Positions 28,715 through 39,705 of a stretch of DNA of 64,000 nucleotides are shown in pieces. How positions within the stretch are numbered: the first letter of the stretch is position 1; each line of letters opens with the position of its first letter. The notes below the pieces were generated by a model, which was not told where the DNA came from, did not search any database, and saw only the letters and a list, made by a program, of their open reading frames with translations. The DNA is from Lachnospiraceae bacterium (GTDB lineage Bacteria; Bacillota; Clostridia; Lachnospirales; Lachnospiraceae), in NCBI GenBank assembly GCA_015258065.1, contig JABZIZ010000003.1, positions 76,649-140,648 on the forward strand. Reading direction: 5' to 3'. Made by a program: the position numbers and the translations under genes.

Positions 28715-29688
28715 TAGTTCTCTCCCTCTTCTCCTAACACACAGTCTGTTCGAATGGAAAACCCGTTGAGAAAATCAGCCGCATCCATCCGCTTCCTGCC
28801 TTCTTGCTGCAATTTTGTGATTTTCAGCGCCTCACTTCCTGTCTGTACCAACAGTTCTCCTTCTTTTCCGGAAATGACCGTGCCCGGAAGTTTATCTGAA
28901 TCCACATGGCTAAGATCCGCCTCCCAAATCTTGAGCAGCTGTCTCTTTGCCCCTCTTCCGTCTCCTCCGGAAACAGGTATAGTCGTAAAGGCTCCCGGCC
29001 ACGGATTTAATCCTCTGATCTGCCTTTCAATTTCCTCCGCCTTCCTTGTCCAGTCAATTCTTCCCATCTCTTTGGTCAGCTTCGGTACCTTGCTCGAAAA
29101 CTCTTCCTTCTGTTTGCGAGGTGTGATCTGCCCTTTTTCCAAAAGGGCCAGTGTCTTTACAATGCAGGTGGCGCCGAGCTCCGCTAATTTTTGAAAAAGA
29201 GTTCCCCCTGTCTCTTTCGGCGCAATCCGGATTGCTTCCTGATAGAGAATGTCTCCGGTATCCATACCGACATCCATCTGCATGATGGTAATTCCCGTTT
29301 CTTTTTCCCCGTCTAAAATAGCCTGTTGAATCGGTGCCGCCCCACGGTATTTGGGAAGAAGGGAAGCATGAATATTAAGACACCCGTAAGGTGGAATCGA
29401 TAAAATCTCTTCGCGCAGAATCTGGCCGAAGGCAGCAACCACGAACACATCCGCCTCCTGTTCTTTTAACAGGGAGACCGCCTCCTGCCCCCGCAACCTC
29501 TCCGGCTGATAGACAGGAATCTCATGAGAGAGCGCTGCTTCCTTTACCGGAGAAAAAGAGACCTCTTTCCCTCTGCCCCTCCTCCGATCCGGCTGCGTCA
29601 CTGCAAGAACCACCTCATGTCCTGCTTCAATCAACGCTTCCAGTGCACCTACCGAAAAATCGGGTGTCCCCATAAACACAATGCGCAA
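28714..29688 (-). CDS. fmt: Methionyl-tRNA formyltransferase
   Basis: MRIVFMGTPDFS start, formyltransferase core, and a C-terminal domain. Confidence 0.95.
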   Translation of the reverse strand: MRIVFMGTPDFSVGALEALIEAGHEVVLAVTQPDRRRGRGKEVSFSPVKEAALSHEIPVYQPERLRGQEAVSLLKEQEADVFVVAAFGQILREEILSIPPYGCLNIHASLLPKYRGAAPIQQAILDGEKETGITIMQMDVGMDTGDILYQEAIRIAPKETGGTLFQKLAELGATCIVKTLALLEKGQITPRKQKEEFSSKVPKLTKEMGRIDWTRKAEEIERQIRGLNPWPGAFTTIPVSGGDGRGAKRQLLKIWEADLSHVDSDKLPGTVISGKEGELLVQTGSEALKITKLQQEGRKRMDAADFLNGFSIRTDCVLGEEGEN

Positions 29689-29689
29689 T

Positions 29690-30196
29690 TTATTCTTCCT
29701 CCGGCTTTTCCTCTTCCAAATCTTCGTTGTTCACCAGCTCGCCCTCCACCTTCTCCACATACATAAGACCGTTCAAATGATCATATTCATGCAGGAGCGC
29801 TCTGGCCAGAAGTTCCTCTCCCTCCACGCGAATCGGTTCCATATTCAGGTCATAGCCCTTCATCACTACATGATTCGCTCTGGTCACAATGCCGCTTTTT
29901 CCGGGAAGACTCAGACACCCTTCGTAGCCCGTCTGTTTTCCATCCGTCTCCTCGATTTCGGGATTGATGATGACAAATGCATCTTCTCCCGTTACATCAA
30001 TCACGAACATTCTCTTGAGAATCCCAACCTGTGGAGCGGCAAGACCAACGCCACCTGCCTCATGCATGGTCTCGATCATATCACTTGCCAACTCCTTGAT
30101 TCTGGGCGTGATCTCTTTAATTTCCTTACACCTCTTCGTGAGAATCTCGTCTCCATATTCACGAATTGTTCGAATGGCCAACTCTCTTACCTCCAA
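29690..30196 (-). CDS. def: Peptide deformylase
   Basis: Motifs GxGLAAPQ, EGCLS and HEYDHL. Has an acidic C-terminal tail. Confidence 0.95.
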   Translation of the reverse strand: MEVRELAIRTIREYGDEILTKRCKEIKEITPRIKELASDMIETMHEAGGVGLAAPQVGILKRMFVIDVTGEDAFVIINPEIEETDGKQTGYEGCLSLPGKSGIVTRANHVVMKGYDLNMEPIRVEGEELLARALLHEYDHLNGLMYVEKVEGELVNNEDLEEEKPEEE

Positions 30197-30202
30197 AAAC
30201 TT

Positions 30203-32506
30203 CTAAAACAAATGGACCGGATCCAAATCAAATTGCATCATGACCTGATTCTCACCGGTCTGCTCCAATTGCATTTTATACTTCTCTTCTAGCGAATCCC
30301 GTAGCGCAAACAAAAGCTCCTTCTGCGTATGCTTCACATAAACAACCATACGATAAATGTCATTCACCCTGGAAACCGACGCATAAGCGGGTCCGATCAC
30401 CACCGGTCGATCATTTGAGTGATTATATAATATTTGAAGCCTCTGTTCAATTGTCGTGCGTACCTTCGCTGCAAAGGAAACTCCCACCTCTTCCTGATGT
30501 GTAAAAATCCGAATCTGTAAAAGGTGCGCCACAGGCGGATACATCATAATCCTGCGGTATTCCATCTCTTCTGTAAAAAAAGCTTCATAGTCCTGTTTTC
30601 GACTGGCCAGAATCGCATAATGATCCGGTTGGTAGGTTTGAATCACCATCGTCCCCGGCTGTGATCCTCTTCCCGCTCTCCCGCTGGCCTGGGTGAGAAG
30701 CTGAAAGGTTCTCTCGGCAGCATGGAAATCCCCTACATTCAATGACAGATCCGCCGCAAGCGCAGAAACCAGCGTCACCCTCGGAAAATCATGTCCCTTG
30801 ACAATCATCTGTGTGCCTACCAGAATATCTGCCTCGAAATTCGCGAAGGCACAAAGAATCTTTTCGTAACTGTTTTTGGTCCTTGTCGTATCCGCATCCA
30901 TCCGGAGAACCCTTGCCTGTGGAAACATCTTCTGACAGGCACGCTCAATCTGCTGTGTTCCTGCACGAAAGGCTGAAAGATAACGGGAGCCGCAGGAGGG
31001 GCAGACAGAAGGAGTTCTCTGTTCATATCCGCAGTAATGACAGACCAGCCTCCCCCCGATATGCTCCGACAACGATACGTCACAATGCGGACATTTAAAC
31101 ACATAACCGCACTGGCGACAGGAAACAAATCCCGCCAATCCCCTGCGGTTCATAAACAGCATGATCTGCTCTTTTTTGGAAAGACGATCCAGAATCTGCT
31201 CGGATAGACAGGAAGAAAAGGGCGTACGGTTTCCCTTTTTTAATTCCCTGCGCATATCTGAAATCACCACTCCGGGAAGTGTCCCCCCTGTCAGTCGCCT
31301 GGTCATCTTGAACAGATGGTATTCTCCCCTCACGGCACGGTCGTAGGCCTCTAAGGAAGGCGTGGCACTCCCCAGCACCACACTTGCCCCTCCCTCTACC
31401 AAACCGGCCAGAGCTACTGCCGCCTCTCTCGTATGATATTTGGGCATGCCTTCGCTCTTATAAGTCGGTTCATGTTCCTCGTCCATGATGATCAGCCCCA
31501 GATTGGGAAAGGGGGTAAAAAGGGCGGACCGCGGGCCGATCATCACATCCACCTCTCCCCTCCTGGCACGTTCAAACTGGTCGTACTTCTCGCCCGGGGA
31601 AAGAGAAGAATTCATCACGGAAACACGGTTGCCGAAAAAATGGTAAAACCTCATCAGAGTTTGAAAGGTGAGCGCAATTTCCGGAATCAGCAAAATCACC
31701 GCTTTCCCTCTTTTTACCATTTCCCTTGTCAAGCGAAAATAGACCTCTGTCTTTCCGCTGCCGGTAATTCCATGAATCAAATAGGTCTTTCGTACCTTTT
31801 CATCATAGTCCTGCAATACCTTTTTTATGATCAAAGATTGTTCGGAACTAAGCGGTAATTCCTCCTGAGAGGGTTTGCAAAAGGCCTCTCCACCGACCCT
31901 TTGTACGGCATCTGCCACCGGATCCCGATAAACACCTTCCTCCTCCAGTAGGATGACGCCCAGGTTGACCAACCCCCGTATCACTGAAGCGCTGACATTC
32001 AGTTTCTGCGTGACAAACGTATATGGCAGACGTACTTCCCTGTGATCCAATAATGCGTTCAGGATACGCGCTCTGGCAAAATGTCCCTTTTCACTGCTCT
32101 TATTCGCAAATGATCTGGCTTCTTCTTCTGTAAACCTCAGAGAAAGGTATTTATGCTTCAGTCCCTTCTTTCTCTGGTGAAGTGGCAGCACGCAACGAAG
32201 CGCCTGTATCATCGTGGAACCGTATTCTCTCCTCATCCAGGCGGCCAGCCTGACATAAGTTGCTTCGACAGGCAGTTCCCCCTCGGCTCTTCCCCTGATT
32301 TCCTTTATCCTGGAGGCGTCATACTCTGTCTCCTCGGAAAAAGAAATGATATAGCCGTTACGAACCGCATCTCCCTTCCCGAAGGGTACCTCTACGCAAC
32401 TTCCTATCTCCAGCACATCTCTCAACTCTTTGGGAACCGCATAACTGAAGGGATGGTCTACCTTGCTGTGTGCAATATCAATGATGATATTCGCATATTC
32501 TTTCAT
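30203..32506 (-). CDS. priA: Primosomal protein N' (PriA helicase)
   Basis: DEAD-box-like helicase motifs (GITGSGKT, DEEH) and the Cys-rich zinc insertion (CRQCGY...CPHCD...CHYCGY...CPSCGS). Confidence 0.95.
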   Translation of the reverse strand: MKEYANIIIDIAHSKVDHPFSYAVPKELRDVLEIGSCVEVPFGKGDAVRNGYIISFSEETEYDASRIKEIRGRAEGELPVEATYVRLAAWMRREYGSTMIQALRCVLPLHQRKKGLKHKYLSLRFTEEEARSFANKSSEKGHFARARILNALLDHREVRLPYTFVTQKLNVSASVIRGLVNLGVILLEEEGVYRDPVADAVQRVGGEAFCKPSQEELPLSSEQSLIIKKVLQDYDEKVRKTYLIHGITGSGKTEVYFRLTREMVKRGKAVILLIPEIALTFQTLMRFYHFFGNRVSVMNSSLSPGEKYDQFERARRGEVDVMIGPRSALFTPFPNLGLIIMDEEHEPTYKSEGMPKYHTREAAVALAGLVEGGASVVLGSATPSLEAYDRAVRGEYHLFKMTRRLTGGTLPGVVISDMRRELKKGNRTPFSSCLSEQILDRLSKKEQIMLFMNRRGLAGFVSCRQCGYVFKCPHCDVSLSEHIGGRLVCHYCGYEQRTPSVCPSCGSRYLSAFRAGTQQIERACQKMFPQARVLRMDADTTRTKNSYEKILCAFANFEADILVGTQMIVKGHDFPRVTLVSALAADLSLNVGDFHAAERTFQLLTQASGRAGRGSQPGTMVIQTYQPDHYAILASRKQDYEAFFTEEMEYRRIMMYPPVAHLLQIRIFTHQEEVGVSFAAKVRTTIEQRLQILYNHSNDRPVVIGPAYASVSRVNDIYRMVVYVKHTQKELLFALRDSLEEKYKMQLEQTGENQVMMQFDLDPVHLF

Positions 32507-32513
32507 ATCTCAA

Positions 32514-34019
32514 TTACTGCTTTTGCTGCGCTTGTTGGTTTTCTTGTAGAATCTCGTGAATCAGTACCCTCTCATCCATCGGGTACTTAACCCCTCGTAT
32601 CTCCTGATAGTCCTCGTGTCCTTTGCCCGCCAAAATAATAATATCGCCTCTCTCCCCCTGCTCCATCGCATAACGAATGGCTTCCTTGCGGTCCGGAATT
32701 TCCACATAGTGTCCGTCTGTTTTCTGAATACCCGTCTCAATATCACGGATGATCTCCATGGGGTCCTCGAACCTGGGATTGTCCGATGTAATAATGGTTA
32801 AATCCGCCAGCTTTCCGCTCACTTCTCCCATCTCGAACCGTCTTTCTCTGGAACGATTGCCGCCACAACCAAATAAACAAATCAGACGATTGGGTCTGTA
32901 ATACCGAAGCGTCGTCAAGAGGCTATGCAGCGCCATGGCATTGTGCGCATAATCAATCATCAGGGTATAATCATCCGAGACTTTAACCATCTCAATTCTG
33001 CCACGCACCCGAACCTTTTTGAGCGCCTCTTCCATCTCCTCTACCCAGCACCCCATCCGATGCGCCACCGCAATGGCACATAACGCATTATAGACGCTGA
33101 ACTTTCCCGGCATGGCAATCTCCGCATGCATGTTCACGATGCCTTTCGTATCGAAGTAGACGCCAAGTTCGCCGGGCTTGTGCATATATGCAAGAGCCTC
33201 CGCCTTTAAATCCGCCCCGTCCCCCAGTCCGAAGGTCGTCAAGTCGCAGGTATGTCCTTCCAGAATCTGAGGCAGATGCTCGTCGTCTGCGTTTACAATG
33301 CCATGCTTGCACTGCTGAAACAAAAGTCCCTTACAATGCATATACTCAGCAAAATCTTTGTGCTCATTCGGACCGATATGATCCGGCTCAATGTTCGTAA
33401 AAATCCCCATGTCAAACAGGAAGCCCTGTGTTCTGTGCATCATCAGCGCCTGAGAAGACACTTCCATCACCACTGCCTTCATTCCCGCATCCGCCATCCT
33501 TCTAAAATCCCTCTGCAAGCTAAGGGATTCCGGAGTGGTATTGCTGGCAGGAAAATGCTCTTCCCCAATGATCATCTCAATGGTTCCGATCAGGCCCGTT
33601 TTGATTCCGGCATTCTCCAGCATATTTTTGACAAGATAGGTGGTGGTCGTCTTTCCCTTGGTTCCGGTAATCCCGATCGTCGTCAGTTCCTTGGCCGGAT
33701 GAGAATAGAAGGCCGCTGCAATAAAGGCCATTGCATAACGGGTATCCTTCACACGAATCACGACCGTCTGCGTGTTCTTTGGAATCTCCACCTCCTCTTC
33801 TACCACGATGGCAGCCGCCTTCCTGGCAAAAGCCTCGAAAGCCTTCGTATGGCCATCGAAATTGCTTCCCCGAATGCAGAGGAACAGGCAACCCTCCTGC
33901 AACTTTCTGGAATCGTTGACCAGTTCCTTCACTTCTGTCTGCATAGCAGATACGCCTTTGTCATCTCCGCCATTTACGATCTCATAGGAAATTTCTTTGA
34001 ACAGCTCTTCCAGTTTCAT
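32514..34019 (-). CDS. murE: UDP-N-acetylmuramoyl-L-alanyl-D-glutamate--2,6-diaminopimelate ligase
   Basis: Mur ligase with GTKGKTTTT and the MurE-specific DNPR motif (DNPRFEDP). Confidence 0.85.
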   Translation of the reverse strand: MKLEELFKEISYEIVNGGDDKGVSAMQTEVKELVNDSRKLQEGCLFLCIRGSNFDGHTKAFEAFARKAAAIVVEEEVEIPKNTQTVVIRVKDTRYAMAFIAAAFYSHPAKELTTIGITGTKGKTTTTYLVKNMLENAGIKTGLIGTIEMIIGEEHFPASNTTPESLSLQRDFRRMADAGMKAVVMEVSSQALMMHRTQGFLFDMGIFTNIEPDHIGPNEHKDFAEYMHCKGLLFQQCKHGIVNADDEHLPQILEGHTCDLTTFGLGDGADLKAEALAYMHKPGELGVYFDTKGIVNMHAEIAMPGKFSVYNALCAIAVAHRMGCWVEEMEEALKKVRVRGRIEMVKVSDDYTLMIDYAHNAMALHSLLTTLRYYRPNRLICLFGCGGNRSRERRFEMGEVSGKLADLTIITSDNPRFEDPMEIIRDIETGIQKTDGHYVEIPDRKEAIRYAMEQGERGDIIILAGKGHEDYQEIRGVKYPMDERVLIHEILQENQQAQQKQ

Positions 34020-34032
34020 TCGTACTCCTCTC

Positions 34033-35850
34033 TTATCCGATTACCTTGTAGTCTTCCATCACCAGTTGAAGACTCTGCCGATTCCCCCATTCGTTCACCT
34101 GTGGATAATAGGCGATCGCAATCTCAAGAACCTTCTCCTCCTGCTCTTTTGTTTTGCAAAGGGGGGACAAAGCGCTTCTTCTCCCGTATAGAGCACAAAG
34201 AGCCGACTCTCCAAAATGCTTCTTTAAAAAGTCATCAAAGCAATCCACCTCCTTAAAACAGAGCAGATCATACCTTCTTCCCGTCTCATCTGTCACCTGA
34301 TATTTACCGACATTTCCCTGTTTCCCCAGCCGCATGCCATGAAGAAGGCGAATCTTTCTGGTGGCAAACAGGGGTTGTTTATTTCCATTCCCATAGGGAG
34401 CCAGCGCCTCCCACTCACGAATCAGCGGGATGGATAAGACAGAAGGCGGAAGTTCCATATCCAAATGCAGGACTTCCTCCAGATCGTCCTTCGTCAGGAG
34501 AGACGCATCATTTAATCTTTTTCTTAGATCTGCAATCCGGTCTTCCTTCATCGAAAAACCAGCCGCCATCGGATGTCCGCCAAATTTGGTAAACAGGTCT
34601 TTTACTGCGGATAAGGCTTCGAACATATTATAAGAAGGAATGGATCTTCCACTTCCCTTCACCCCATCTTCCGACGCCGTAATCACAAGCGTTGGACGAT
34701 GGCTAAATTCCCTGATCCTACCCGCTACGATCCCTGCAATGGATTCATGCAGATGGGGGAGGTAAATCACCAGGATGTCCGGCAGGCTTCCCTCTTTCTC
34801 TTTCTTCATCTCCTCAAGCACTTCTTTGGCCTGCGCAACGCCTTCTCTGGTCAACTCCTTGCGGCTGTCATTTAAAGCCTTTAGTTCATTGGCAAGCTGC
34901 AGGGCTACTTCCTTATTATTTGCACGAAGCAGGTGCAGCCCCCGTTGTGCAAAATCCAACCTCCCTGTAGCGTTCAAACAGGGACCAAGAACAAATCCAA
35001 GGTGATAGGTGCTAATCTTGCTTTCTGAAAGACCGTTCACGCGAACCAGCGCTTCCAGTCCAAAACCTGTGGTCTTATTTGCGAAGCAGCTCAGTCCCCT
35101 CTTAACGATGATTCGATTTTCATCTAAGAGCGGCATGACATCACAGACCGTTGCCAAAGCGGCGAAGGGATAGAGCTTATCCATTTTCGCTTCCTCTTCC
35201 CTTCCCTCTTGGTGTAGAAGCACCTGCATCCACTTAAAGGCAACCACCGCTCCGCAAATATCATGAAAAGGATAGCTGCTGTCCGCCCGTTTGGGATTTA
35301 CCACCGCATCCGCCTCCGGAAGCAGATCCTCTCCGGAACCCTCCTTTGGCACATCATGATGATCGCTCACAATGACCGTCATCCCAACTTCTTTGGCGTG
35401 TTTTACCTGATCCCGTGCGGCGATACCGTTGTCACAGGTCAAAATGGTGTCCACGCCGTCTTTTTTTGCCTGATCCACCAACAGCGTACTGATCCCATAT
35501 CCGTCCCGTATACGATGTGGGAGTACCACATCCACCTCTGCCTGCAGACCGTTCAGAACTTTCCATAAAATATAGGAAGAGCAAATGCCGTCCACATCAT
35601 AATCTCCGATAATGCGAATCTTTTTTTTCTCCCGCAACTTATCCTGCAGAATGGAGACTGCACGCTCCACATCCGGGAGCAGAAAAGGATCCCGCAGACC
35701 CCCTTCCTCGCAGTTCAAATAAGCTGCGATCTCACTTTCCTCCACCAGTCCTCTGTTTCGCAGAAGCCTGGCGGTAATCGGTGAGAGATGGAACGTCTGT
35801 GCGATCCTGTTAAAATCTGCCTTCTTTGCGGAGATCATCCACTTAGACAT
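34033..35850 (-). CDS. recJ: Single-stranded-DNA-specific exonuclease RecJ
   Basis: DHH motifs (GDYDVDG, SDHH), a DHHA1 domain (GGHPMAAG), and an OB-fold C-terminus. Confidence 0.9.
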   Translation of the reverse strand: MSKWMISAKKADFNRIAQTFHLSPITARLLRNRGLVEESEIAAYLNCEEGGLRDPFLLPDVERAVSILQDKLREKKKIRIIGDYDVDGICSSYILWKVLNGLQAEVDVVLPHRIRDGYGISTLLVDQAKKDGVDTILTCDNGIAARDQVKHAKEVGMTVIVSDHHDVPKEGSGEDLLPEADAVVNPKRADSSYPFHDICGAVVAFKWMQVLLHQEGREEEAKMDKLYPFAALATVCDVMPLLDENRIIVKRGLSCFANKTTGFGLEALVRVNGLSESKISTYHLGFVLGPCLNATGRLDFAQRGLHLLRANNKEVALQLANELKALNDSRKELTREGVAQAKEVLEEMKKEKEGSLPDILVIYLPHLHESIAGIVAGRIREFSHRPTLVITASEDGVKGSGRSIPSYNMFEALSAVKDLFTKFGGHPMAAGFSMKEDRIADLRKRLNDASLLTKDDLEEVLHLDMELPPSVLSIPLIREWEALAPYGNGNKQPLFATRKIRLLHGMRLGKQGNVGKYQVTDETGRRYDLLCFKEVDCFDDFLKKHFGESALCALYGRRSALSPLCKTKEQEEKVLEIAIAYYPQVNEWGNRQSLQLVMEDYKVIG

Positions 35851-38074
35851 GAAGTTTTTTGTCCTTCTTTTTCATGTCATACCAAAGCGGAGAGGCGATG
35901 AAAATAGATGAATAAGTTCCACAGATGATGCCTACCATGAGGGGAAGAGCAAAATTGCGAATATCCGTCACGCCAAAAATAAAGAGGGATAGTACCATCA
36001 GGAAGGTAGTTAAGGAAGTGAATAAACTTCTGGACATCGTCTGTGTCACACTCGTGTTGATGAGCTCCTCCTTATTCAGCTTCCCGCGCGCTTTATTTTC
36101 ACGAATACGGTCAAAGGTCACGATGGTATCGTTAATCGAGTAACCGACAATCGTCAATACACTTGCAATGAACGTATTTCCCACTTCAATCCTGGTGACG
36201 ACATAGCAAAGGGTCACGATGACGGCATCATGAGCCAGTGCAATAATGGCAGCAATACCAAACTGCATATCGCTAAAGCGGATTCTCACGTAGAACAGGA
36301 TACAAACCAGAGCAATCAGAACCGATAAGATGGCATCTCTTGACATTTCATCAGAGATCGTTGCCGAAATGGTCTCTGCAGCAATTTTATCCTCCGGTAC
36401 CTTGAACTGATCCTGTAGAGCAGTACTCATCGCCTTTCGCTGTTCTACCGAGAGAGGTATGGTCTTGAAAATGACTTCCTTGGTTCCCGAAACCGTCTGG
36501 GTCTGTACAGAGGAAACACCTGTTGCCTTTCTGATTGCGGGAACTACGTTGGCGTCCAGATCCTGCAACGTATGATTTTCGTTAAAAGTTACTGTCGTTG
36601 ATGTTCCACCCACAAAATCAAGAGAGAAGTTCATCGGCCCTTTTCCAGATGCTGTATTGAAAAGCATCACGATCACGCCGATTGCCATGATTCCGAGGGA
36701 AATCGCATAATAAATCTTGCGGTTCTTAATAATTGAAAGATATTTGATTTGTTCCGGTTTCCCGTACAACTTCTCTCCCTGCAGTCCGATTCCGTACAGG
36801 CAGGCAGAAACCGCCCTTGTAACGAGAAGCGCCGAGAACAGGGAAACCACCGTACCTAAGGTCAAGGTATAAGCAAACCCGCGGATGGTACCTGTTCCGA
36901 AGATCATTAAGACAACTGCTGCGATCAGAGTGGTAATATTTCCATCTAAAATGGCCGAGAGTGCCGCATGATATCCGGATTTCATGGCTTCCTTTACACT
37001 CTTACCTGCCTGCATCTCTTCTCTGATTCTTGCAAAAACAAGGACGTTTGCATCCACCGCCATGCCGATTGAGAGAATAATACCTGCAATGCCGGGCAGA
37101 GTCAAAGTGATCTCCAGCCCGTCCAGCAGGATGACGACCAGGCAGCAATAGAAAGCCAGCGCAATGTCTGCGGCAAGGCCCAGGATCCGGTAAACCAATA
37201 GCATGAAGAGTACCACCATGGCAAAACCGACCAGCGCCGCAATCAGGCTGGAGTGAATCGCCTCTACCCCCAGCTGCGCACCCACCACGTTGGAGCGAAG
37301 CTCTTTTAACTGCAGACTGAGACCGCCGATTCGGATGGTGCTTGCCAGATTCTGCGCCTCTTCCACGGTAAAGGCACCGGTGATCTGCGCTCTTCCGTTT
37401 TTGATTTCACTGTTCACCTTCGGAACCGAGACAAACTTCCCATCATAATAGATGGCGATCGTCTCTCCTTTTTCAAAAGCTCTCTTCGTGGCCTTCGCAA
37501 ACTTCTTCCTGCCGGCGTCCGTCAGCTGTAAGTCAACCATGTATTCTTTCGCACCGGTAGAAGAATCGGTCTGGGCGCCTGCCTGCGCCGTTTTGACATC
37601 GGTTCCTTTCATCACCACGGAACCTTCCATGTCCAGCGCAGCAATATTTTTGGTGAGCTTATACTCGCCGCCCTGAGAAGTATAATTTTCTTCTCCCTTG
37701 GAATTCGTCTGTGCGATGAAATACAGATTTCCCGGCTGCCCCAGTTCTGTAAGAATCTTATCCGCATCATTCACTCCGGGAATCTCAATGCTGATCCGGT
37801 TGGATCCCTCTTTGTAAACCTGCGCCTCCGTACTGTACTGACTGACTCTCTGCTGAAGCTTGTATACGGTATCGCTCATATCCTCGGCAGACGGATTTTT
37901 ATCTCCGACGACCTGATAAGTGATACTGACCCCGCCGGCCAGATCCAACCCGAGATTGATCGAATGAACCGATCCATCCTTCGTTTTACCGATTCCGAAC
38001 CAGGCAATGTACCCCAGACCCAAAAGAGATGCCAGGAGCAAAATCAATGCAACCCATGATTTTGTGCGTTTCAT
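35843..38074 (-). CDS. secDF: Fused protein-export membrane protein SecDF
   Basis: 743 aa with two RND-like six-helix modules and periplasmic domains. Confidence 0.9.
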   Translation of the reverse strand: MKRTKSWVALILLLASLLGLGYIAWFGIGKTKDGSVHSINLGLDLAGGVSITYQVVGDKNPSAEDMSDTVYKLQQRVSQYSTEAQVYKEGSNRISIEIPGVNDADKILTELGQPGNLYFIAQTNSKGEENYTSQGGEYKLTKNIAALDMEGSVVMKGTDVKTAQAGAQTDSSTGAKEYMVDLQLTDAGRKKFAKATKRAFEKGETIAIYYDGKFVSVPKVNSEIKNGRAQITGAFTVEEAQNLASTIRIGGLSLQLKELRSNVVGAQLGVEAIHSSLIAALVGFAMVVLFMLLVYRILGLAADIALAFYCCLVVILLDGLEITLTLPGIAGIILSIGMAVDANVLVFARIREEMQAGKSVKEAMKSGYHAALSAILDGNITTLIAAVVLMIFGTGTIRGFAYTLTLGTVVSLFSALLVTRAVSACLYGIGLQGEKLYGKPEQIKYLSIIKNRKIYYAISLGIMAIGVIVMLFNTASGKGPMNFSLDFVGGTSTTVTFNENHTLQDLDANVVPAIRKATGVSSVQTQTVSGTKEVIFKTIPLSVEQRKAMSTALQDQFKVPEDKIAAETISATISDEMSRDAILSVLIALVCILFYVRIRFSDMQFGIAAIIALAHDAVIVTLCYVVTRIEVGNTFIASVLTIVGYSINDTIVTFDRIRENKARGKLNKEELINTSVTQTMSRSLFTSLTTFLMVLSLFIFGVTDIRNFALPLMVGIICGTYSSIFIASPLWYDMKKKDKKLHV

Positions 38075-38101
38075 CTTGTCTCTTCCCTTCCTTTTCTCAC
38101 C

Positions 38102-39604
38102 TTATTCCGATTCATCCGCCTTTTCATTTGGAGAAGAATCTTCCTCTGCAAGCGCCGCCTGAATCATAATGGCGCATTCCACCCGCTTGCGCTGCAGCTC
38201 ACAGCCAATCGAATAGGTTCCGTTAATATCTCCGGTAAAGTTATAAGCATTGGCTGCACATCCCCCACTGCAATAATATCGTGCAAAACAGTTCCTGCAT
38301 TCCTTCTTCGTGTATACGTTGCAAGCCTTGAATTCACCAACCAGATCCGTCCGGTTCACGCCATGAAACACATCTCCCAAAATGAACTTCTCATTGCCGA
38401 CAAACTGATGGCAGGGATAGAGCTCCCCCCACGGCGTTACCCCCAGGTACTCGCAACCGCTTCCACAGCCGGAAAGCCTTTTGGCCACACAGGGACCTCC
38501 GGTCAAATCAATGTCGAAGTGGAAGAAATGGAAATCTCTGCCTTCTCTGTGGCGTTTCAGCAAAAACTGCGCCAACTGATCGTACTCCTCAAACAGAGCG
38601 GGCAAATCCTCTTCACGAAGGGCATAATCGTCCTCCGGCTTCGCCACCACCGGTTCCACCGAAATCTGCTGAAAGCCAAGGTTTGCCAGCTCTTCCACAT
38701 CCTTGGAAAAGTCCAGATTATATCTGGTAAAGGTTCCCCTGACAAAATAATTCTGTTGATTTCTGCTGTTTGCCGCCTTTAGGAATTTGGGAACAATGGT
38801 GTCATAACTGGATCCTCGTCTTCCCGGAAAAGGACGCATCCGGTCATGCACTTCTCTTCTGCCGTCTATGCTGAGCACGAGGTTTGCCATCTCCCGATTG
38901 GCGAATTCCAGAATCTCATCATTCAAAAGAACCCCGTTTGTGGTCAACGTAAAGCGGAACCTTTTATCATTTTTCTTTTCCAGCTCCCTGCCATAAGCCA
39001 CTATATTCTTAACCACTTCCCAGTTCATCAGGGGTTCCCCGCCAAAGAAATCCACTTCCAGATTTCTACGGTTTCCGGAATGATCCATCAGGAAATCGAG
39101 GGCTGCCTTGCCGACTTCCAGTGACATCAGTCCTCTCTTCCCCCCGTGGTATTGCCCTTCATCCGCAAAGCAATAACTGCACCTGAGATTACAATCATGC
39201 GCTATATTCAGACAGAGCGCCTTTACAACGGTTTCTCTGTCCTGAAACCCGTCCACGTATTCCTCATAAATGTCTTCTGAAAAAAGAAGCTCCTGCGCAA
39301 CCAGCTCCTCAATCTCAGACAAAGCTTCTTCCAGCGTCTTTCTATCATATTTCTCCTGTAAAGCGGCATCTGAAAAAACAGCCTTGCGCATGGCAGAAAA
39401 ATCTCCATCACAGCGCCCGCCTTCCTTGTCACCTGCTTTACAGCTTTCTTTCTCACACCCGGAAGAATGCATGCGGCACTTCTTCTCATAGGCCTTTTCA
39501 CAAACGGGAATCATATCGTAAACCGCACGATCTACCACATGCACGGAACCGCTGTTTACATCCAGGACGATATGATAACCGCCATTTTTATAACAATGAA
39601 CCAT
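38102..39604 (-). CDS. scfB: SCIFF radical-SAM maturase ScfB (SPASM-domain ranthipeptide synthase)
   Basis: N-terminus MVHCYKNGGYHIVLDVNSG is typical of ScfB. Radical-SAM cluster motif CNLRCSYC, C-terminal Cys-rich SPASM region, and position directly downstream of the SCIFF precursor. Confidence 0.85.
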   Translation of the reverse strand: MVHCYKNGGYHIVLDVNSGSVHVVDRAVYDMIPVCEKAYEKKCRMHSSGCEKESCKAGDKEGGRCDGDFSAMRKAVFSDAALQEKYDRKTLEEALSEIEELVAQELLFSEDIYEEYVDGFQDRETVVKALCLNIAHDCNLRCSYCFADEGQYHGGKRGLMSLEVGKAALDFLMDHSGNRRNLEVDFFGGEPLMNWEVVKNIVAYGRELEKKNDKRFRFTLTTNGVLLNDEILEFANREMANLVLSIDGRREVHDRMRPFPGRRGSSYDTIVPKFLKAANSRNQQNYFVRGTFTRYNLDFSKDVEELANLGFQQISVEPVVAKPEDDYALREEDLPALFEEYDQLAQFLLKRHREGRDFHFFHFDIDLTGGPCVAKRLSGCGSGCEYLGVTPWGELYPCHQFVGNEKFILGDVFHGVNRTDLVGEFKACNVYTKKECRNCFARYYCSGGCAANAYNFTGDINGTYSIGCELQRKRVECAIMIQAALAEEDSSPNEKADESE

Positions 39605-39651
39605 GAATCAAACCTTTTTCCAAACAAATTTCATCAACTTACCACATGAAA

Positions 39652-39681
39652 CAGGCAGCGGCATTTCCCGCCCGCTGCCTG
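39652..39681 (-). terminator. Attenuator or partial terminator hairpin between scfA and scfB
   Basis: 10-bp stem caggcagcgg / ccgctgcctg followed by TTTCATG on the minus strand, as is common after RiPP precursor genes. Confidence 0.4.
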
Positions 39682-39705
39682 CAAAACAACCCACCGAGCG
39701 AACAC

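Noticed and set aside
33252-34256. Plus-strand 334-aa ORF antisense to murE and recJ; similarly 51541-52533 (antisense to rnfC), 8327-9019 (antisense to ftsZ), 15116-15661 (antisense to the PBP gene) and 56240-57004 (antisense to ispH)
   Set aside because: These are long antisense ORFs opposite strongly conserved genes. Their products are Arg/His/Cys-rich with no motifs, which is typical of shadow ORFs.
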